The position numbers and the translations under genes are program-made. Positions 38,001 through 51,608 of a stretch of DNA of 64,000 nucleotides are shown one piece after another. The DNA is taken from IMG/VR virus record IMGVR_UViG_3300050343_000159; one strand, written 5' to 3'. How positions within the stretch are numbered: position 1 is the stretch's first letter; each line of letters opens with the position of its first letter. The stretch comes from a virus. Lineage: Duplodnaviria; Caudoviricetes. Below the pieces are notes generated by a model. It was not told the DNA's origin and did no database searches. It saw only the letters and a list, made by a program, of their open reading frames with translations.

Positions 38001-41000
38001 TGATAGAAATATATTGGTTGATATCTCTAATTGGTAATGGTAGTTTTAATTATCTTCCTATTGAAGTTAAACTTGATGGCATTGTTGGTGTTAATACAGT
38101 TTCAGGTCAGGACTTTCAGTGCAAAGTTCAACCTCTCTTTAGAGGATCAATTCAATCTGTTGATCTTACAGACAATGGTGTGGCTTATGGATCATCAGAG
38201 ATCATCAACTTTAATAGACAACCAAATATTTCATTCAACAGTGGTAAAGATGCACAACTGACACCTATTGTAAGCAATTCAAGAATTGTTGATATTATTG
38301 TAAATGATGGTGGATCTGGTACAATTCTCCTCCAAATCTTATTGTTACAGGTGAAGGTAAATTTGCAAAACTTACACCAATCATTGAGGGTGGTGTAATC
38401 ACTTCTGTCAAGATCATGAGTGGTGGTAGTGGTTATGTTAGTGGATCGACCAATATTCAAGTAGAACCTGCAGGTAAGTATGGTGAAACACAAGCTGTAA
38501 TCAGAAACTGGAATATCAACCTCTTTGAAAGAGATTTTGATAATATTGGTGTTGATGATGGTTTTGTGAGTGAGAGTATTGATGACAACTTCACTTGAAT
38601 ATTGTCATCTCTATGCACCAAGACCTCTTGAGATCTAATACTTATGTTATCTCTGGTAGTGACGAAACACAGTATGGTATCTCTGATCTTACATTGGCTG
38701 GTGGTATAGAGAAAACAAGTTCTTATCACTCACCTATTCTTGGTTGGGCATATGATGGTAACCCCATCTATGGTCCTTATGGATTTACTGATCCACAGGG
38801 TGGTAATATTTCTCAGATGATTTCTGGGTATGAACTAAGAACTAATCCTACCAATAGACCACCAACATCATTGTTCCCTCTCGGATATTTTATTGAGGAT
38901 TATATTTTTACAGATAGAGGTGATCTTGATATCTCATAATGGTCGTTTCTGTGTAACTCCTGATTATCCAACTGGTAGATATTGTTATTTCTCAACTCTG
39001 AATACTTTTAGTGTTGATTCTACTGGTCCTTTTAAAAACTATAGAAGACCTGTATTCCCATACTTGATTGGTGACACATTCTACTCTAAACCAAATGTCA
39101 CTAACTTTGGTGTGTTGAGTAATCAAAATGATTACAATCTGGAGAATGGTGAGTGGTTTAGAAACACGATTGCATATCATACTAATGATGACAATAGTGG
39201 TTATGATTATGTGTTCAATTCTGATAAAGAAAGAAATCAATCATTAGATATTGTAAGTGCATCTAAAGGATCTGTTGAGAGTATTGGTATTATTACCGGT
39301 GGTAATTTTTACAAAGTCAATGATCGTATTCTAATTAATAATGAAGGAACTAGTGGAACTGATGCACAAGGTCGTGTAGATAGAGTATCTGGTGTTGATG
39401 TAAATTATATTAACTTTGAGACTACAGGTTTAGATAATATTGAGTTTGGAAACATTAACAATTTAAATCAATTTATTGGTTTCTCTACTGAGTCTATTCC
39501 ATTCAACACTGGTGATATAGTAACTATCTCTGGTCTATCTACAACCTTCAGTGGTTATTCTGGAGTTACTAATGTCAGACTTGGTATCAGAACAGATAAC
39601 TTTGTATTGACTCTTGGGGTCGGTTCTACAGGTGTTACAGGTCTTACCACATACTTCTATGTGTCTGGTGATCTAAACTATCCAACCATTCGTGAGAATG
39701 ACATTCTTGGTATTGGAACAGAGAATATTAGAGTTCTGAATATCGATAATAAAGCAAGAAGAATTCGTGTTAGAAGAGAATATGATGGTATCTCTTGTGG
39801 TCTGGCACACACTAACAGTTCAATTCTATTCGAAGATCCTCGCAAGTTCCGCATTAACGTTGGTGCTCTGAAGACAACCAATGCTCTTGAGATCAATAAA
39901 GAATATTATTTCTATCCACAAGAAGTTGTAGGTGTTGGTACTGTTGGTGTTGGTTCTACTATAACCTTCTCTAACCCTGGTGTAGGTGTCACCCAGATGT
40001 TTGTTCCTACTAAACAGATCTATCTACCAGATCATGGTTTGAGATGTAAATGATAGACTTTACTACAACAGGCAGGGTGGAACTGCTATTGGTGTTTGGA
40101 ATGGAATCACTACTACATTCAAGAATTTAGACACATATGATTTCTATTATACAGCTCCTGTAAGTAGAGATTTTATTGGTCTTTCTACCAATAAGATTGG
40201 TATGGGAACTGAGGCACAATTTGTTGGAGTTGGAACAACTTCGGGACTTCTTTACTTTACATCTGTTCCTACTGATGATTACCACAGTTTCCTTACAGAT
40301 AAAGATAATGTACTGACTGGTAGAATCTCCAGAACAACAGTCAATGTTGCAACTTCTGGAACACACGGTCTTTCGGTTGCTGATACTGTATACATTTCTG
40401 TCAAACCAACTGACACTAAGACAGTAAATGTTACTTATGATGATTCTTCTAGAAGAATCTTATTTGATCCTGAGAGTATTACTGCAACCAATACTGTCAA
40501 AAACACTGTGGCTATCACAGGTCATGATTTTGTTAAAGGTGATAAAGTTCTTTATAGAGAAGGCTCTTCGCCTATCGGTGGTTTAAATGACGATCAGTTG
40601 TATTATGTCTATCCATATGACAAAAACTCTGTTCAATTTGTTAGTGAGAGATTCCAACTATCAAAAGATAGACCACCAGTTGTTGATATCACATCAACTG
40701 GTAATGGTACTCTTTTCAAGATTAATCCACCACTATATGTAAAGAGAAACAATAAACTTAAATTTGATCTTTCTGATCCATCACTTTCCTTTGTTGTCAG
40801 TGGTGTTCGTTATTCTGCTTTTGAGTTAAGACTTTATAGTGATAGTGAGTATACCAATGTGTATGACACGTCTGGAACTAAAACTACCTTTGAAGTTACA
40901 ACTTCTGGACGACCTGGTATCGATGTAGATGCAAATCTAACTCTATTGGTATCTGATGAAGTTCCAACAAACTTGTGGTATAAATTTGTTCCTATTAACA

Positions 41001-44000
41001 ATGATATCATTACTAATGTTAAGAAAGAAATCTTTATTGATACTGATGTAAATTCTCATCAAGAAATCAGTGTAGAGAAAACTAGGTATAATGGTGTTTA
41101 CAACATTAGTGGTATTGGATCAACCACGTTCAGTTACAATGTTTCTTTAGAACCTGATGTTTCAACATACAATGTTGAGAATTCAGTGACCACATATGAA
41201 ACCACATCATCTACGGCTCTTGGTCCAATTAGTCGTATCTCGATGTTAGATAATGGTAGTAACTATGATATTATTCCTGGTATCAACACGGTAACTACAT
41301 CACATGGTGGTGGTTGTATTCTTAAACCACAAAGCACTTCTATTGGTAAGATTAAAAGGGTAACTTTCAATTCACAGAATATTGGATTTGATTATCCAAC
41401 TGATGAAACTCTAAGACCTATTGCTAACCCACCTGAAATTCTTGAATTAGAATCTCTAACATCATTCGAGTCTATTGGTATTAGTTCTGGTGGTAGAAAT
41501 TATCTGAGAGCACCAAGCTTGGTTGTTCTTGATGGATTTACAAGAGAAGTTGTTGAGATTTAGCTCTTACTTACAGTCTTGGAGATAATCAAGTTACTAT
41601 TCTCCAAAACTCTACAGGAATGTATAATGTATCACCAGAAATAATTCCTGTTGATAATACAAATGGTATTGGTATCGCGTCTCTGGCATACACCCCATCA
41701 ACTAAGACTGTCAGACTTTATTTGAACAGTACATTTAGTGACGCTAGTGCATTCCCATATGATGTTGGTAGTAAGATCTTTGTTGAAAATTTGAATGTTG
41801 GTGTCAATTCTACAGCTAAAGGATATAACTCTGAAAACTATAGTTACCAGTTCTTCACTGTAACTGCTTCCGACTCCAATCTTGGTGGTGGTCCTGGCGC
41901 ATATGTTGATTATAGTCTTAAAGAATATCTGAATGATAGTGATGTTCCTGGTAATGTAGATCTACCAAATTCATCTGGTAGAGTTATTTCTGTTGACCAT
42001 TTCCCAATTTTCAACTCTACACTCACAACAAATGATTTCTTTGAAAATGAAGTAATCTGTATACAAAGGAAAACAAACTGGTAGGGTTGAATCCTGGAAT
42101 CCAGTTACTGAAATCCTTAAGGTTGATACTTCTAAAGAATATGAAGTTGGTCAAATTGTAAAAGGTTTATCTTCTGATACTCAAGCTGTCATTAAAACTA
42201 AAATTGATTTTGATGCTGAAATTACTACAGGTGCTGGTGCAACTATAACTTATGGTTGGCAGAAGAACACAGGTTTCTTGAATGATTCCTTACAAAGAAT
42301 CCCCAACAATGAGTATTATCAAACATTCTCATATTCTATCAAATCTAGAATTCCTTATGACACCTGGGAAGATCCAGTATCTGCACTCAACCATACCTCT
42401 GGATATAAAGAGTTCTCCGACCTTCAAGTCATCAGTATTGAAGATCAACCGTTGGCTATCGCACAACCTTTTGACTCTGATGTTGACACTACTACCGATA
42501 TTGTTGGTAGAGCAAGTCTCCACTGTTTCTATGATTTTGATTATGTAACTGAGAGTAACAATATTATAAATGGTGTTCTGTCCTCTGATGAAATTTTCTT
42601 TGAGAATAGAATTCTCTCAGATTACTTCCAATCCGTTGGTAACAGAGTTCTTGACATTGATGACTTTAGTGGTGAGTTCTTCAGTAATGAAAGACCTACT
42701 AAGTATAGTGATATTGATGCATTTGAGTTCAATGACATCTATAACAAAATATTCACATTTGTAAGAGATAGAATCTTTACAGATGAGAGACAGTTCTCTA
42801 TTGTTTCACTGATTCAAAGTGAAAGTATTGGATATATGCAACAATATGCGACAATAGAAACTTATCCAGAACTTGGATACTTTGATTACTTCTCAACTGC
42901 TGATGGTTGGAATCTTCAGTTCCACCCTGTAAAGTTTGCGAACAACACATATGACACATCTACTATTTCTATCAGTATCAAGGACAATATAACCTCTATT
43001 GGTAGTAGTAATATTGGTAGTGTTGCTCTTGTAGATACTAATAGAGAAACAACACCTAATAACACATTAGAAACTATTGTATCTGTATCATCTACTTTCA
43101 GATCCGTTAAAGCTCTTGTTCTTCAAGAAGATGAGAACGGTGAATATGCATCTAATGAGTTTAACCTGATCCATGATGGAACTGATGTTCATATGGTGGA
43201 ATATGGTGAGATGCAAACCAAACCTGGTTCATACTCATCTACTGGATTTGGCACTTTTGGATCTAAATTGTCTGGTGGTAATATTATTCTCGAATATACA
43301 CCAAATGTCGGAACAGCAGTTACAACAAATACTTCTATTGTAGCTATATCTGACTCTGCAACTGGCATCTCTTCACTAACATTCCAAGAATCCAGATTGA
43401 ACTCTGGATTTAAGAATATTGCATCTTCTGGATCACCATCAGCTAATACAATCCTTCAGTTTGAGGAACCATACTCAACTGGTTACTATATTGTATCTGT
43501 TAAAGATACAACTAACTCTCAGTATGAGATGTTTGAAGTTTGTGTTATCGCTTCTGAATCGAATCACGGTTTTGTAGAGTTTGCAAACATCCGTACTGGT
43601 AATAGTATTGGTCAGATCGGATTCACAACAACTGGTAAGTATAGAAACTTAACTTATACACCCAATGCAAGTACAGCTGTTCAAGTCAGAACATTTGGTA
43701 TTGAACAGAAGATCTATGACGCTGATGTGAGTGCTCCAATCAATTTGGATCTCAACAATGTTGATATTAAATCAGATACAGGATTGTATAGAGGTACTAA
43801 ACTTGATCTGAGAACTGCATTTGATCTAAAACATGATGGTCTTCCAATCTTCCAGAGACAATTTGCTGGCAATACCGCAACAACATTTGATTTTGATCAG
43901 AATACACTATTCCTCAAAGAACACTTCTTTGTTACTGGTGAAAATGTTACTTACTCTTATGCTGGTAATGAAACAGAACAGGCTATTGGAATTGCTGCAA

Positions 44001-47000
44001 CTAGTGTAGCTGGTATTGGTGTTACTAACAAACTTCCTAGAGATTTGTTTGTTGTTAAGATTGGAGATGGTAGTGTCAGATTTGCAGAAAGTGCAGAGAA
44101 GGCACTAAGATTAAATCCAGAGGTATTCCAGTTTACCTCAGTTGGTATCGGAACCTCTCATAACATCACAGCTAAGAAACAGAACTCCAAGGCTCTGATC
44201 GCTGTTGATAATATGATTCAGGCTCCTCTATCTGAAACAAAAATCGTAACATCTCTCAATGATAATATTATATTTGATTCTATATTCCCAACAACTGGTA
44301 TAACATCTATTGCTGCAGCTGATCTAATCAAGATTGGTAATGAGGTGATGCGTGTTGTCTCTGTTGGTGTTGCTGGAGCCGGAAATCTGACTGTCCAGAG
44401 AGGACAACTTGGAACAAACTTACAACCTCATGGTGTTGGATCTACTATCACTAAAATGAGTGGTACTTATAATATTGTTGGAAGTACTCTGAACTTCGTC
44501 TCTCCACCATATGGAGCTATCCCACTCTCTACCACATCATCTGCACCTTCTGAGAGAGATTATACTGGTTTGACTACACATTCTACTTTCCAAGGTAGAA
44601 CCTTTATGAGAACTGCTCCTGTCAATACCGACAAAGAGACATATTTCGCTAACCACGTATTTGATGATGTATCAAATAACTTCACAGGTCTTAGAAGTGA
44701 GTTTAGACTTACCAGTGAAGGTCAGAATACTACAGGGTTCTCAACAGATAACGCTATTATTCTGATCAACAATATCTTCCAGGAACCACAAGGTGCTCAG
44801 GCAAATCAAGGAACCTATGATCTTTCTGAAACTGCCTCTGGTATTTCTTCAATCAGATTTGAAGAAAGTGGAGCAGCTTATGGTTATGATCCCAATAGAA
44901 GTAATCTTCCTATTGGTGGTTTTATTGTTTCTATTGGATCAACAGAAGGTGGTGGATATCAACCTTTGATTGGAGCTGGTGGTACAGTTACTGTATCTAC
45001 AGCTGGAACAATTACCTCTGTAAGTATTGGTAACTCTGGATCTGGTTATAGATCAGGACTAGGAACAGTATTTGTTGGTGTTCAAACTTCTAGTATCGGA
45101 ACTCCTAATATTCAAATCATTGGTAAAGCTACTGTATCTGGTGGCAATGTTACCGGTGTCACAATTACTAACCCTGGATCTGGTTATACCTCAACTAACT
45201 TACCTGAACTTGTAATTGATGATCCTGCTTCATATACAAACATTCCTCTGGTCTATAGTGGAAGTTCTGTACAGGTGATCGGTCAATCCGCAACTATCGA
45301 TATTCAAGTTGGAGCTGGTGGTAGTGTTGTTGATTATCAACTGAAACAGGAAGGTTTCGCTTATGGTAATGGTGAGATTCTAACTGTTCCTGTTGGTGGA
45401 GCAACTGGTATTCCTACCAGTGGATCCTTTAGTGAGTTCCAGATTACTGTTGATGAAATCTATCAAGATGATTTCAATGGTTTCTCTATTGGACAACTTC
45501 AGGTTCTTGATAACTTTGATTCACAATTTGATGGTTTAAGTAGAAGTTTTAGATTATCAGTCAATGATGTCGCACTTTCAATTCAATCAGCACCTGGATC
45601 ACCTATTGAAGTTGACAAAACACTATTGATCTTCATTAATGATGTTCTTCAACAACCTGAAGTTGCATATAACTTTACTGGTGGTGGTACAGTTCAGTTC
45701 GTTGAACCACCAGAACCTGGTGATAGTTCAAAAGTACTATTCTATAAGGGTAGTGGAGATGTTGATGTTGTATTCACTGATATTCTGGAAACAGTTAAAA
45801 CTGGTGATACATTAGATATCAACAATAATCCAGAACAGGGACAGGGAACTTCATTGGATGAAGATGTGAGAACTGTTGTTGGTATTAATACTATTGATAG
45901 TGTTCAAACCACTACCTATAGTGGTCCTGGTGTTACTAATGATACAACTCTCAGTAGACCTCTGACGTGGTGTAAGCAACAGGTTGATAAGATCATTAAT
46001 GGACAAGAAATAGGTAAGGATAGAGTTGAATATGAACCTCTGATTTATCCAACTTCTTATCTGATTCAACCAATCAGTTTGGCTTCAACGATTGCTTATG
46101 TTGATAGTGTAAGACCTCTCTTTGATACTTATACTGAGTCAGGTGATAGAGATTTCCAGAACAAGATCAAGATTTTATCTCAAGATACTTTAGTTTCAGC
46201 ATCTGCTACAGCTACTGTTTCTGGACTTGGAACTGTCTCTATTAATATAACCAACGTTGGTTCTGGATACACTGTGGCTCCAACACTGAGTATCGCTAAT
46301 CCTTCTGATGGAACAAGAGCTACTGGAACATTGTCACTCTCTAGTGGTAGTGTTGGTGTTGTAACTATTACCAACCCTGGAACTGGTTATACAAATACCA
46401 ATCCTCCTTCAGTTCTCATCTCTGAGCCAACTATCGTAAGAGAAGAGATTGGTGTTGATGATTATAGTGGTGATTATGGTGTTTTAGTTGGATTCGGCCT
46501 ATCAACTGTATCTGGTGGAAATGAAATAATCCTTGATTTCTATATTCCTACTGATTCGTTTATGAGAGATAGTGAATATGTTGGAACTGGTATCACAGTT
46601 AGTGGTATTGGAACTGGTGATTACTTCTCAGTATTCAACTCAAATATTGAAACAACTGAAACTGTCGATTCTAAAAGAATCGATAGAACCCCTATTGGAA
46701 TCACTACATCATTTATTGATTGTGTATATCAAGTTAAGAGTACTTACACTCTTGAGAAAAATGTTATCGGTATTGGTACTACCACTGTAAGAAGGGTATT
46801 TGTTAATGTTGGTAATATCTCAACTGAGTCATTCTCTTCTTCTTTGATTACTTTCGATTCTTCTTCATATACCCTTGATACTAGAACCTTTACTGTATAC
46901 GCAGGTGGAATTAGTTCTGCTTCTAATATGGGTAGATTCAGTTGGGGTAAGATTCAATTCGAAGGAAGAACATCACCACAAGAATTTAGTTTCTATGGCA

Positions 47001-47080
47001 ACAATGGAATAATTGGAATTTCTTCTTCTGGACTCTTGTCTAGATTTGAACCTTTGAAATATAGGGATTATACATCATAA
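35010..47080 (+). CDS. gp7: Giant gp7-like baseplate wedge initiator (~4000 aa; split by indels)
   Basis: MAVDRVQFQDIVESQFP...FIKQYYKSQE start, position between gp6 and gp8, and consecutive same-strand ORF pieces with no intervening promoter or RBS. Confidence 0.7.
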
Positions 47081-47107
47081 TAAATACTTTTACCAAATAG
47101 AACTACC

Positions 47108-50008
47108 ATGGCCAAGTTAGGAATAAGTACTGGTTCTCAACCTAATGATGGAACAGGTGACAGTTTAATTGATGGTGCCGTTAAGGTAAACTCAAATTTT
47201 AATGAAATTTATACTACCATTGGTAATGGAACAACACTTGCAGTTCCAGTTACTAGTGTTTCGTCAGGAGCTGGAATAAGTTTAAGCGGATCAACCGGCA
47301 ATGTAACCATTAGCAATATTGGTATTGCCGATACCAATAATTTGAGAACTGATTTTCTTGAAGTAAGTGGTATTTCTACACTTAGTGGTGGTCTGACTGT
47401 TGCTGGGAGTGGTAATGTTTCCTTGGATAGTGGTAACCTTACTTTAGCATCTGGTGGAATTCATGCAGTTGGTTCATCTCAAAACCTCAATTGGGGTGGT
47501 GGTAATTTATACTTTAATTCAGGAAGTCCTGAAATTGGTTGGACCTCTGGATCTGGTAGTGTTGTAGTAGGAGCTGGGAGTGGTGCCACGATCCCAGGAC
47601 AAACCTTTAAAATTGAAGGCACAAATGCCCGTAATGATATGGCGGTATTTACGTCAGGTGGTTCAGCAGAACTTTACTACAATAACGTCAAGAAATTTGA
47701 AACTAGTGGAGTTGGTGTAACTATCACTGGAGACATTACTTGTTCTAATATTAGTGCTACTGGTAATATAGATAGCGCTAATCTTGATACTGGTACTGGT
47801 TCTCTCACACTAGGAAATGCCTCTAGTGCATTTGATATTAGTTGGAGTCCGGCAACTGGAACGAGTCCTACCATTAGATGGGCTTTGAGTGATGGTATAT
47901 CAATAATGGGTAGATATAATGGTGGTTCAGATCTTCTCGAAGATGTTAGATTTGGAACATCTGGACAACCCAGCTACTTCAAAAACTTAGTACCAAAAAG
48001 TGATTCAACTTATGACTTAGGTACAAACACCAATAGATGGGCAGCAGTTTATTCTGATGAATTTCATGGTGGTGGAGCAAATATTACTGGTATCTCAACT
48101 CTCAATATCGTTAATTATAGCGGTGGTGGCGGAGGAGGAGGATCTGATACTCTTGCTGATGTAACTTCTAGAGGTGCTACCACTAATCAAACTATTAGTT
48201 TTAGTGCTAGTAAGGGTATCTCAATGGATACTGCTTCTAATAATGATTTTCAAATTTATGGATCTAGTAATCAAAAAGCATATATTACTCACGCTCAAAA
48301 TAATGGTGGGGGAGGTGCTGGTGATTTAGTCGTCATAGCTAAAAATGGACTGCATGTATATGGTGGTACCTCAGAAACCACGGCTAATCTTGGTCTTGAG
48401 GTTGCATCTGGATCTTCTAATCTTCTTTATCAAGGTAATTCAAAACTAACCACTACTTCTGCTGGTGTAGATGTAACGGGAACCCTTAATGTTGGATCAA
48501 CTGTTATTGTGGGAACAGGTTTGAATCTGCAGTATTCAAATAATGCTTCAACAATATTGCATAATAGTACCTTAGGACAGTTTAATATTCAAAGTGTTAG
48601 TGGTGTCAATATTAAACCTGGACCTAGCCATTTCTCAGTCTATTCTAGTGATGATGTATTGAGATTTAAAGTAATACCCGATGGTGCTAACCTTTATGGT
48701 AATATTAATGTTGGTCTCGGCACCAATGTTTCTGGTTTTACATCCACCAACAGTGTTAATACGCCAGCTCTGACACTATCACACAATAATCCAACAGTTG
48801 TTAGTACAGCAGGAACCACTGGACAATTTAAACAAATTGGTGGTCAACCATATTATTATGATGGAACTACTTGGAGAGCACTATTCCTATCAGAGGCTCC
48901 AGCTACTGTTAATCAGGCAGATAGTGATTGGGATAATACGATGATTCGTATGAATTTCGATCAGGCAAACATTGGTGCCGTTACCAACTTAAAGGATGGA
49001 CGAACCCCAAATGTTGGTTTAGTTGATGTAGTCTCATCACCTGTAAAGTATGGAACAAAATCTGCAAGATTACAATCCAATAATAGTGGTATAAGCTTCT
49101 CACAGAATAATTCAGGATCTATATATTATCCTTTTGAGGGTGCTTGGACACTTGAAGGGTGGTTCTTCTTTGATGGTACTCAACTTCCAACAACCCAAAG
49201 TATTCCCAATTCTGCGATATTATTTTCAAATTTTCATCCAAATACTAACACCGGTAGCAACTGGAAACTTGGATACTACCACGCTGGCGGCGGAAGTACT
49301 ACTTACAACTTTTTTTGGAGTAATAAAAATAGTTCCGCTACTGGAGGTGGTGGGGCTGGAAATAGTACCACAGGATTTTTATTACAACAACTGAGTTCAA
49401 CCACTTTTGCCAACAACGCATGGCACCATATAGCTCTTGTAAGAGAACCTAGTAATGGATCAATTCACTTCTATTTTGATGGTACTGAAACCAGTCGTAC
49501 TTCCACTGATCAGTTAGTTGATAATGAGATTGATGATGTATCAGATCATTCTTTTAATATTGGTTACTATGGTATAACTGGCGATATAGGTCGATTTGAT
49601 GGATTAGTCGATGATGTTAGAGTTTCTAAATCAGCAAGATATACAGCCAATTTCACTCCACCGGCTGCAGCTCTTCCAATTACTGGTTCTACAACAACAG
49701 TTTATGAACCAGCTAATAGTAAGGTAGGTGAGATTTCTCTTGGTGGTTCACCGTCATGGACTGGAACTCCTGGAATTACTGCTTCACAAATAGCTGCTGG
49801 TCAATACAGAGCAACATTTGCTACCGCATATTCCAACGCCACAGATTATGTTATACAAACCAGTATGAATGATTATACACCTGCAACAACTCCTGTTGGT
49901 ATAGGTGTTAGTAGATTTGCTACACACGCTGATTTCTTTATAAGAAGAGTGAGTGATGGTGCTAATATCGATACAGGTAGTTTGGCAATTGATCTCTTCA
50001 AAAAGTAA
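47108..50008 (+). CDS. Baseplate-attached fibre/structural protein with a C-terminal LamG/ConA-like domain
   Basis: N-terminal STGSQPNDGTGDSL (T4 gp9/gp10-like), LYYNNVKKFET shaft motif, and WHHIALVR...FYFDG...FDGLVDDVRVSKSARY. ATAAATA at 47080-47086. Confidence 0.7.
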   Translation: MAKLGISTGSQPNDGTGDSLIDGAVKVNSNFNEIYTTIGNGTTLAVPVTSVSSGAGISLSGSTGNVTISNIGIADTNNLRTDFLEVSGISTLSGGLTVAGSGNVSLDSGNLTLASGGIHAVGSSQNLNWGGGNLYFNSGSPEIGWTSGSGSVVVGAGSGATIPGQTFKIEGTNARNDMAVFTSGGSAELYYNNVKKFETSGVGVTITGDITCSNISATGNIDSANLDTGTGSLTLGNASSAFDISWSPATGTSPTIRWALSDGISIMGRYNGGSDLLEDVRFGTSGQPSYFKNLVPKSDSTYDLGTNTNRWAAVYSDEFHGGGANITGISTLNIVNYSGGGGGGGSDTLADVTSRGATTNQTISFSASKGISMDTASNNDFQIYGSSNQKAYITHAQNNGGGGAGDLVVIAKNGLHVYGGTSETTANLGLEVASGSSNLLYQGNSKLTTTSAGVDVTGTLNVGSTVIVGTGLNLQYSNNASTILHNSTLGQFNIQSVSGVNIKPGPSHFSVYSSDDVLRFKVIPDGANLYGNINVGLGTNVSGFTSTNSVNTPALTLSHNNPTVVSTAGTTGQFKQIGGQPYYYDGTTWRALFLSEAPATVNQADSDWDNTMIRMNFDQANIGAVTNLKDGRTPNVGLVDVVSSPVKYGTKSARLQSNNSGISFSQNNSGSIYYPFEGAWTLEGWFFFDGTQLPTTQSIPNSAILFSNFHPNTNTGSNWKLGYYHAGGGSTTYNFFWSNKNSSATGGGGAGNSTTGFLLQQLSSTTFANNAWHHIALVREPSNGSIHFYFDGTETSRTSTDQLVDNEIDDVSDHSFNIGYYGITGDIGRFDGLVDDVRVSKSARYTANFTPPAAALPITGSTTTVYEPANSKVGEISLGGSPSWTGTPGITASQIAAGQYRATFATAYSNATDYVIQTSMNDYTPATTPVGIGVSRFATHADFFIRRVSDGANIDTGSLAIDLFKK

Positions 50009-50045
50009 TCTTTTTCCACGATAAATAACAAAAAGTCCTCCCAAA

Positions 50046-51602
50046 ATGGCTGCAATAATTACTGATCAACTTCGTATCTTAAATGCGAAGAATTTTGTGG
50101 CTGGTGTTCAGACCAGCTCTAATTCTTACTACGCGTTTATTGGACTTCCTAACCCAGAAGATTATCAATCTGATTGGGATACTAGTCCCCCTGCTCCGAA
50201 GGATAGTTTGGATCAGGCTAATGATTATTGGGATACAATGTTGGCGATGAAGAAGATTAACTCTTCTGATGTCAGTCAGGTTGTGAGAAAAATTCAGTGG
50301 GCTTCAGGTATCACTTATGATATGTGGAGAAGTGATATCACTCGTAATAACCCATCACAACCATCTGGTTCGTTTGATATCTACTCAGCAAACTACTATG
50401 TTATGAACTCTGACTTCAGAGTTTATATCTGTTTGTATAATAACGCCACTCCAGAAAATAACTTTGTGGGTGGACCTTCATTGGATGAACCAACATTCAC
50501 CGATCTGGAACCTAGGGAGGCAGGTAACAGTGGTGATGGTTATATTTGGAAGTATCTGTATACAATCAAACCAAGTCAAGCTATTAAGTTTGATTCTACT
50601 AACTACATTCCTGTTCCTAATAACTGGGAAACAAGCACAGATGATACACCTGTAAGACAAAACGCATCATCGAGTGGCCAACTCAAAGTTGTAACGATTA
50701 AAAATCGTGGTGTTGGTATGGGAACTGCCAACTCAACATATACAAGAGTTCCTATTCTTGGTGATGGATTTGGTGCAGAAGCAACTATCGTTATTAATAA
50801 TGATTCTAAAGTTGAAACTATCACTGTATCAAAAGGTGGAGAAGGATATTCGTATGGAACTGTTGATCTGATAGCAGGCAATGTTCCTACTGGAACAACT
50901 TCACCAATATTTAATGTTATTGTTCCTCCAACAGGTGGTCATGGGTCTGATATCTATCGTGAGTTGGGTGCATACAATGTACTTACATATGCTAGATTTG
51001 AGAATGATACTGAGAACCCTGATTTCATCACGGGTAACCAGTTTGCTCGTGTTGGAATGATTGAGAATCCAACATCATACAACTCATCTTCAATCCTAAC
51101 ACTTGATAAGGCTAGTGCAGTTTATGCATTAAGACTTAGTGGTATTGGATATAGTTCGGCGGTATTTACAGCTGACTCAACTATCACACAAACTGTTGGA
51201 CTTGGTTCTACAGCTGTTGGTAGAGTTGTGTCATATGATCAAGTTACTGGTGTTCTGAAGTATTGGCAGGATAGAACAAACTCAGGTTTTAGTTCTGACG
51301 GTACTCTTGATGCATCTCCAGTTTATGGATTTAGATCAAACAAATTTACCTCTAGTATCACAGGTGGTGGTAGTCTCGCCATTACTGGTGGTTCAGTTAG
51401 TTTGGGTATTAACACCGCATTCCAAGGTGTGTCAACGGTTCTAAATAGTCGTACCTACTATCTGGGTCAGAATTTCGTAAATGGGTTAGCAAATCCAGAG
51501 AGTCAAAAGTTCTCAGGTGACATCATTTACGTTGATAACAGACCTTCAGTTACGAGGTCTTCATCACAGAAAGAAGACGTTAAAATTATCTTGCAGTTCT
51601 AA
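50046..51602 (+). CDS. gp8: Baseplate wedge subunit gp8
   Basis: MAAIITDQLRILNA, WDTMLAMKKI, VYICLYN, DGYIWKYLYTI, GDIIYVDNR. ATAAATA at 50021-50027. Confidence 0.88.
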   Translation: MAAIITDQLRILNAKNFVAGVQTSSNSYYAFIGLPNPEDYQSDWDTSPPAPKDSLDQANDYWDTMLAMKKINSSDVSQVVRKIQWASGITYDMWRSDITRNNPSQPSGSFDIYSANYYVMNSDFRVYICLYNNATPENNFVGGPSLDEPTFTDLEPREAGNSGDGYIWKYLYTIKPSQAIKFDSTNYIPVPNNWETSTDDTPVRQNASSSGQLKVVTIKNRGVGMGTANSTYTRVPILGDGFGAEATIVINNDSKVETITVSKGGEGYSYGTVDLIAGNVPTGTTSPIFNVIVPPTGGHGSDIYRELGAYNVLTYARFENDTENPDFITGNQFARVGMIENPTSYNSSSILTLDKASAVYALRLSGIGYSSAVFTADSTITQTVGLGSTAVGRVVSYDQVTGVLKYWQDRTNSGFSSDGTLDASPVYGFRSNKFTSSITGGGSLAITGGSVSLGINTAFQGVSTVLNSRTYYLGQNFVNGLANPESQKFSGDIIYVDNRPSVTRSSSQKEDVKIILQF

Positions 51603-51608
51603 GAAATC

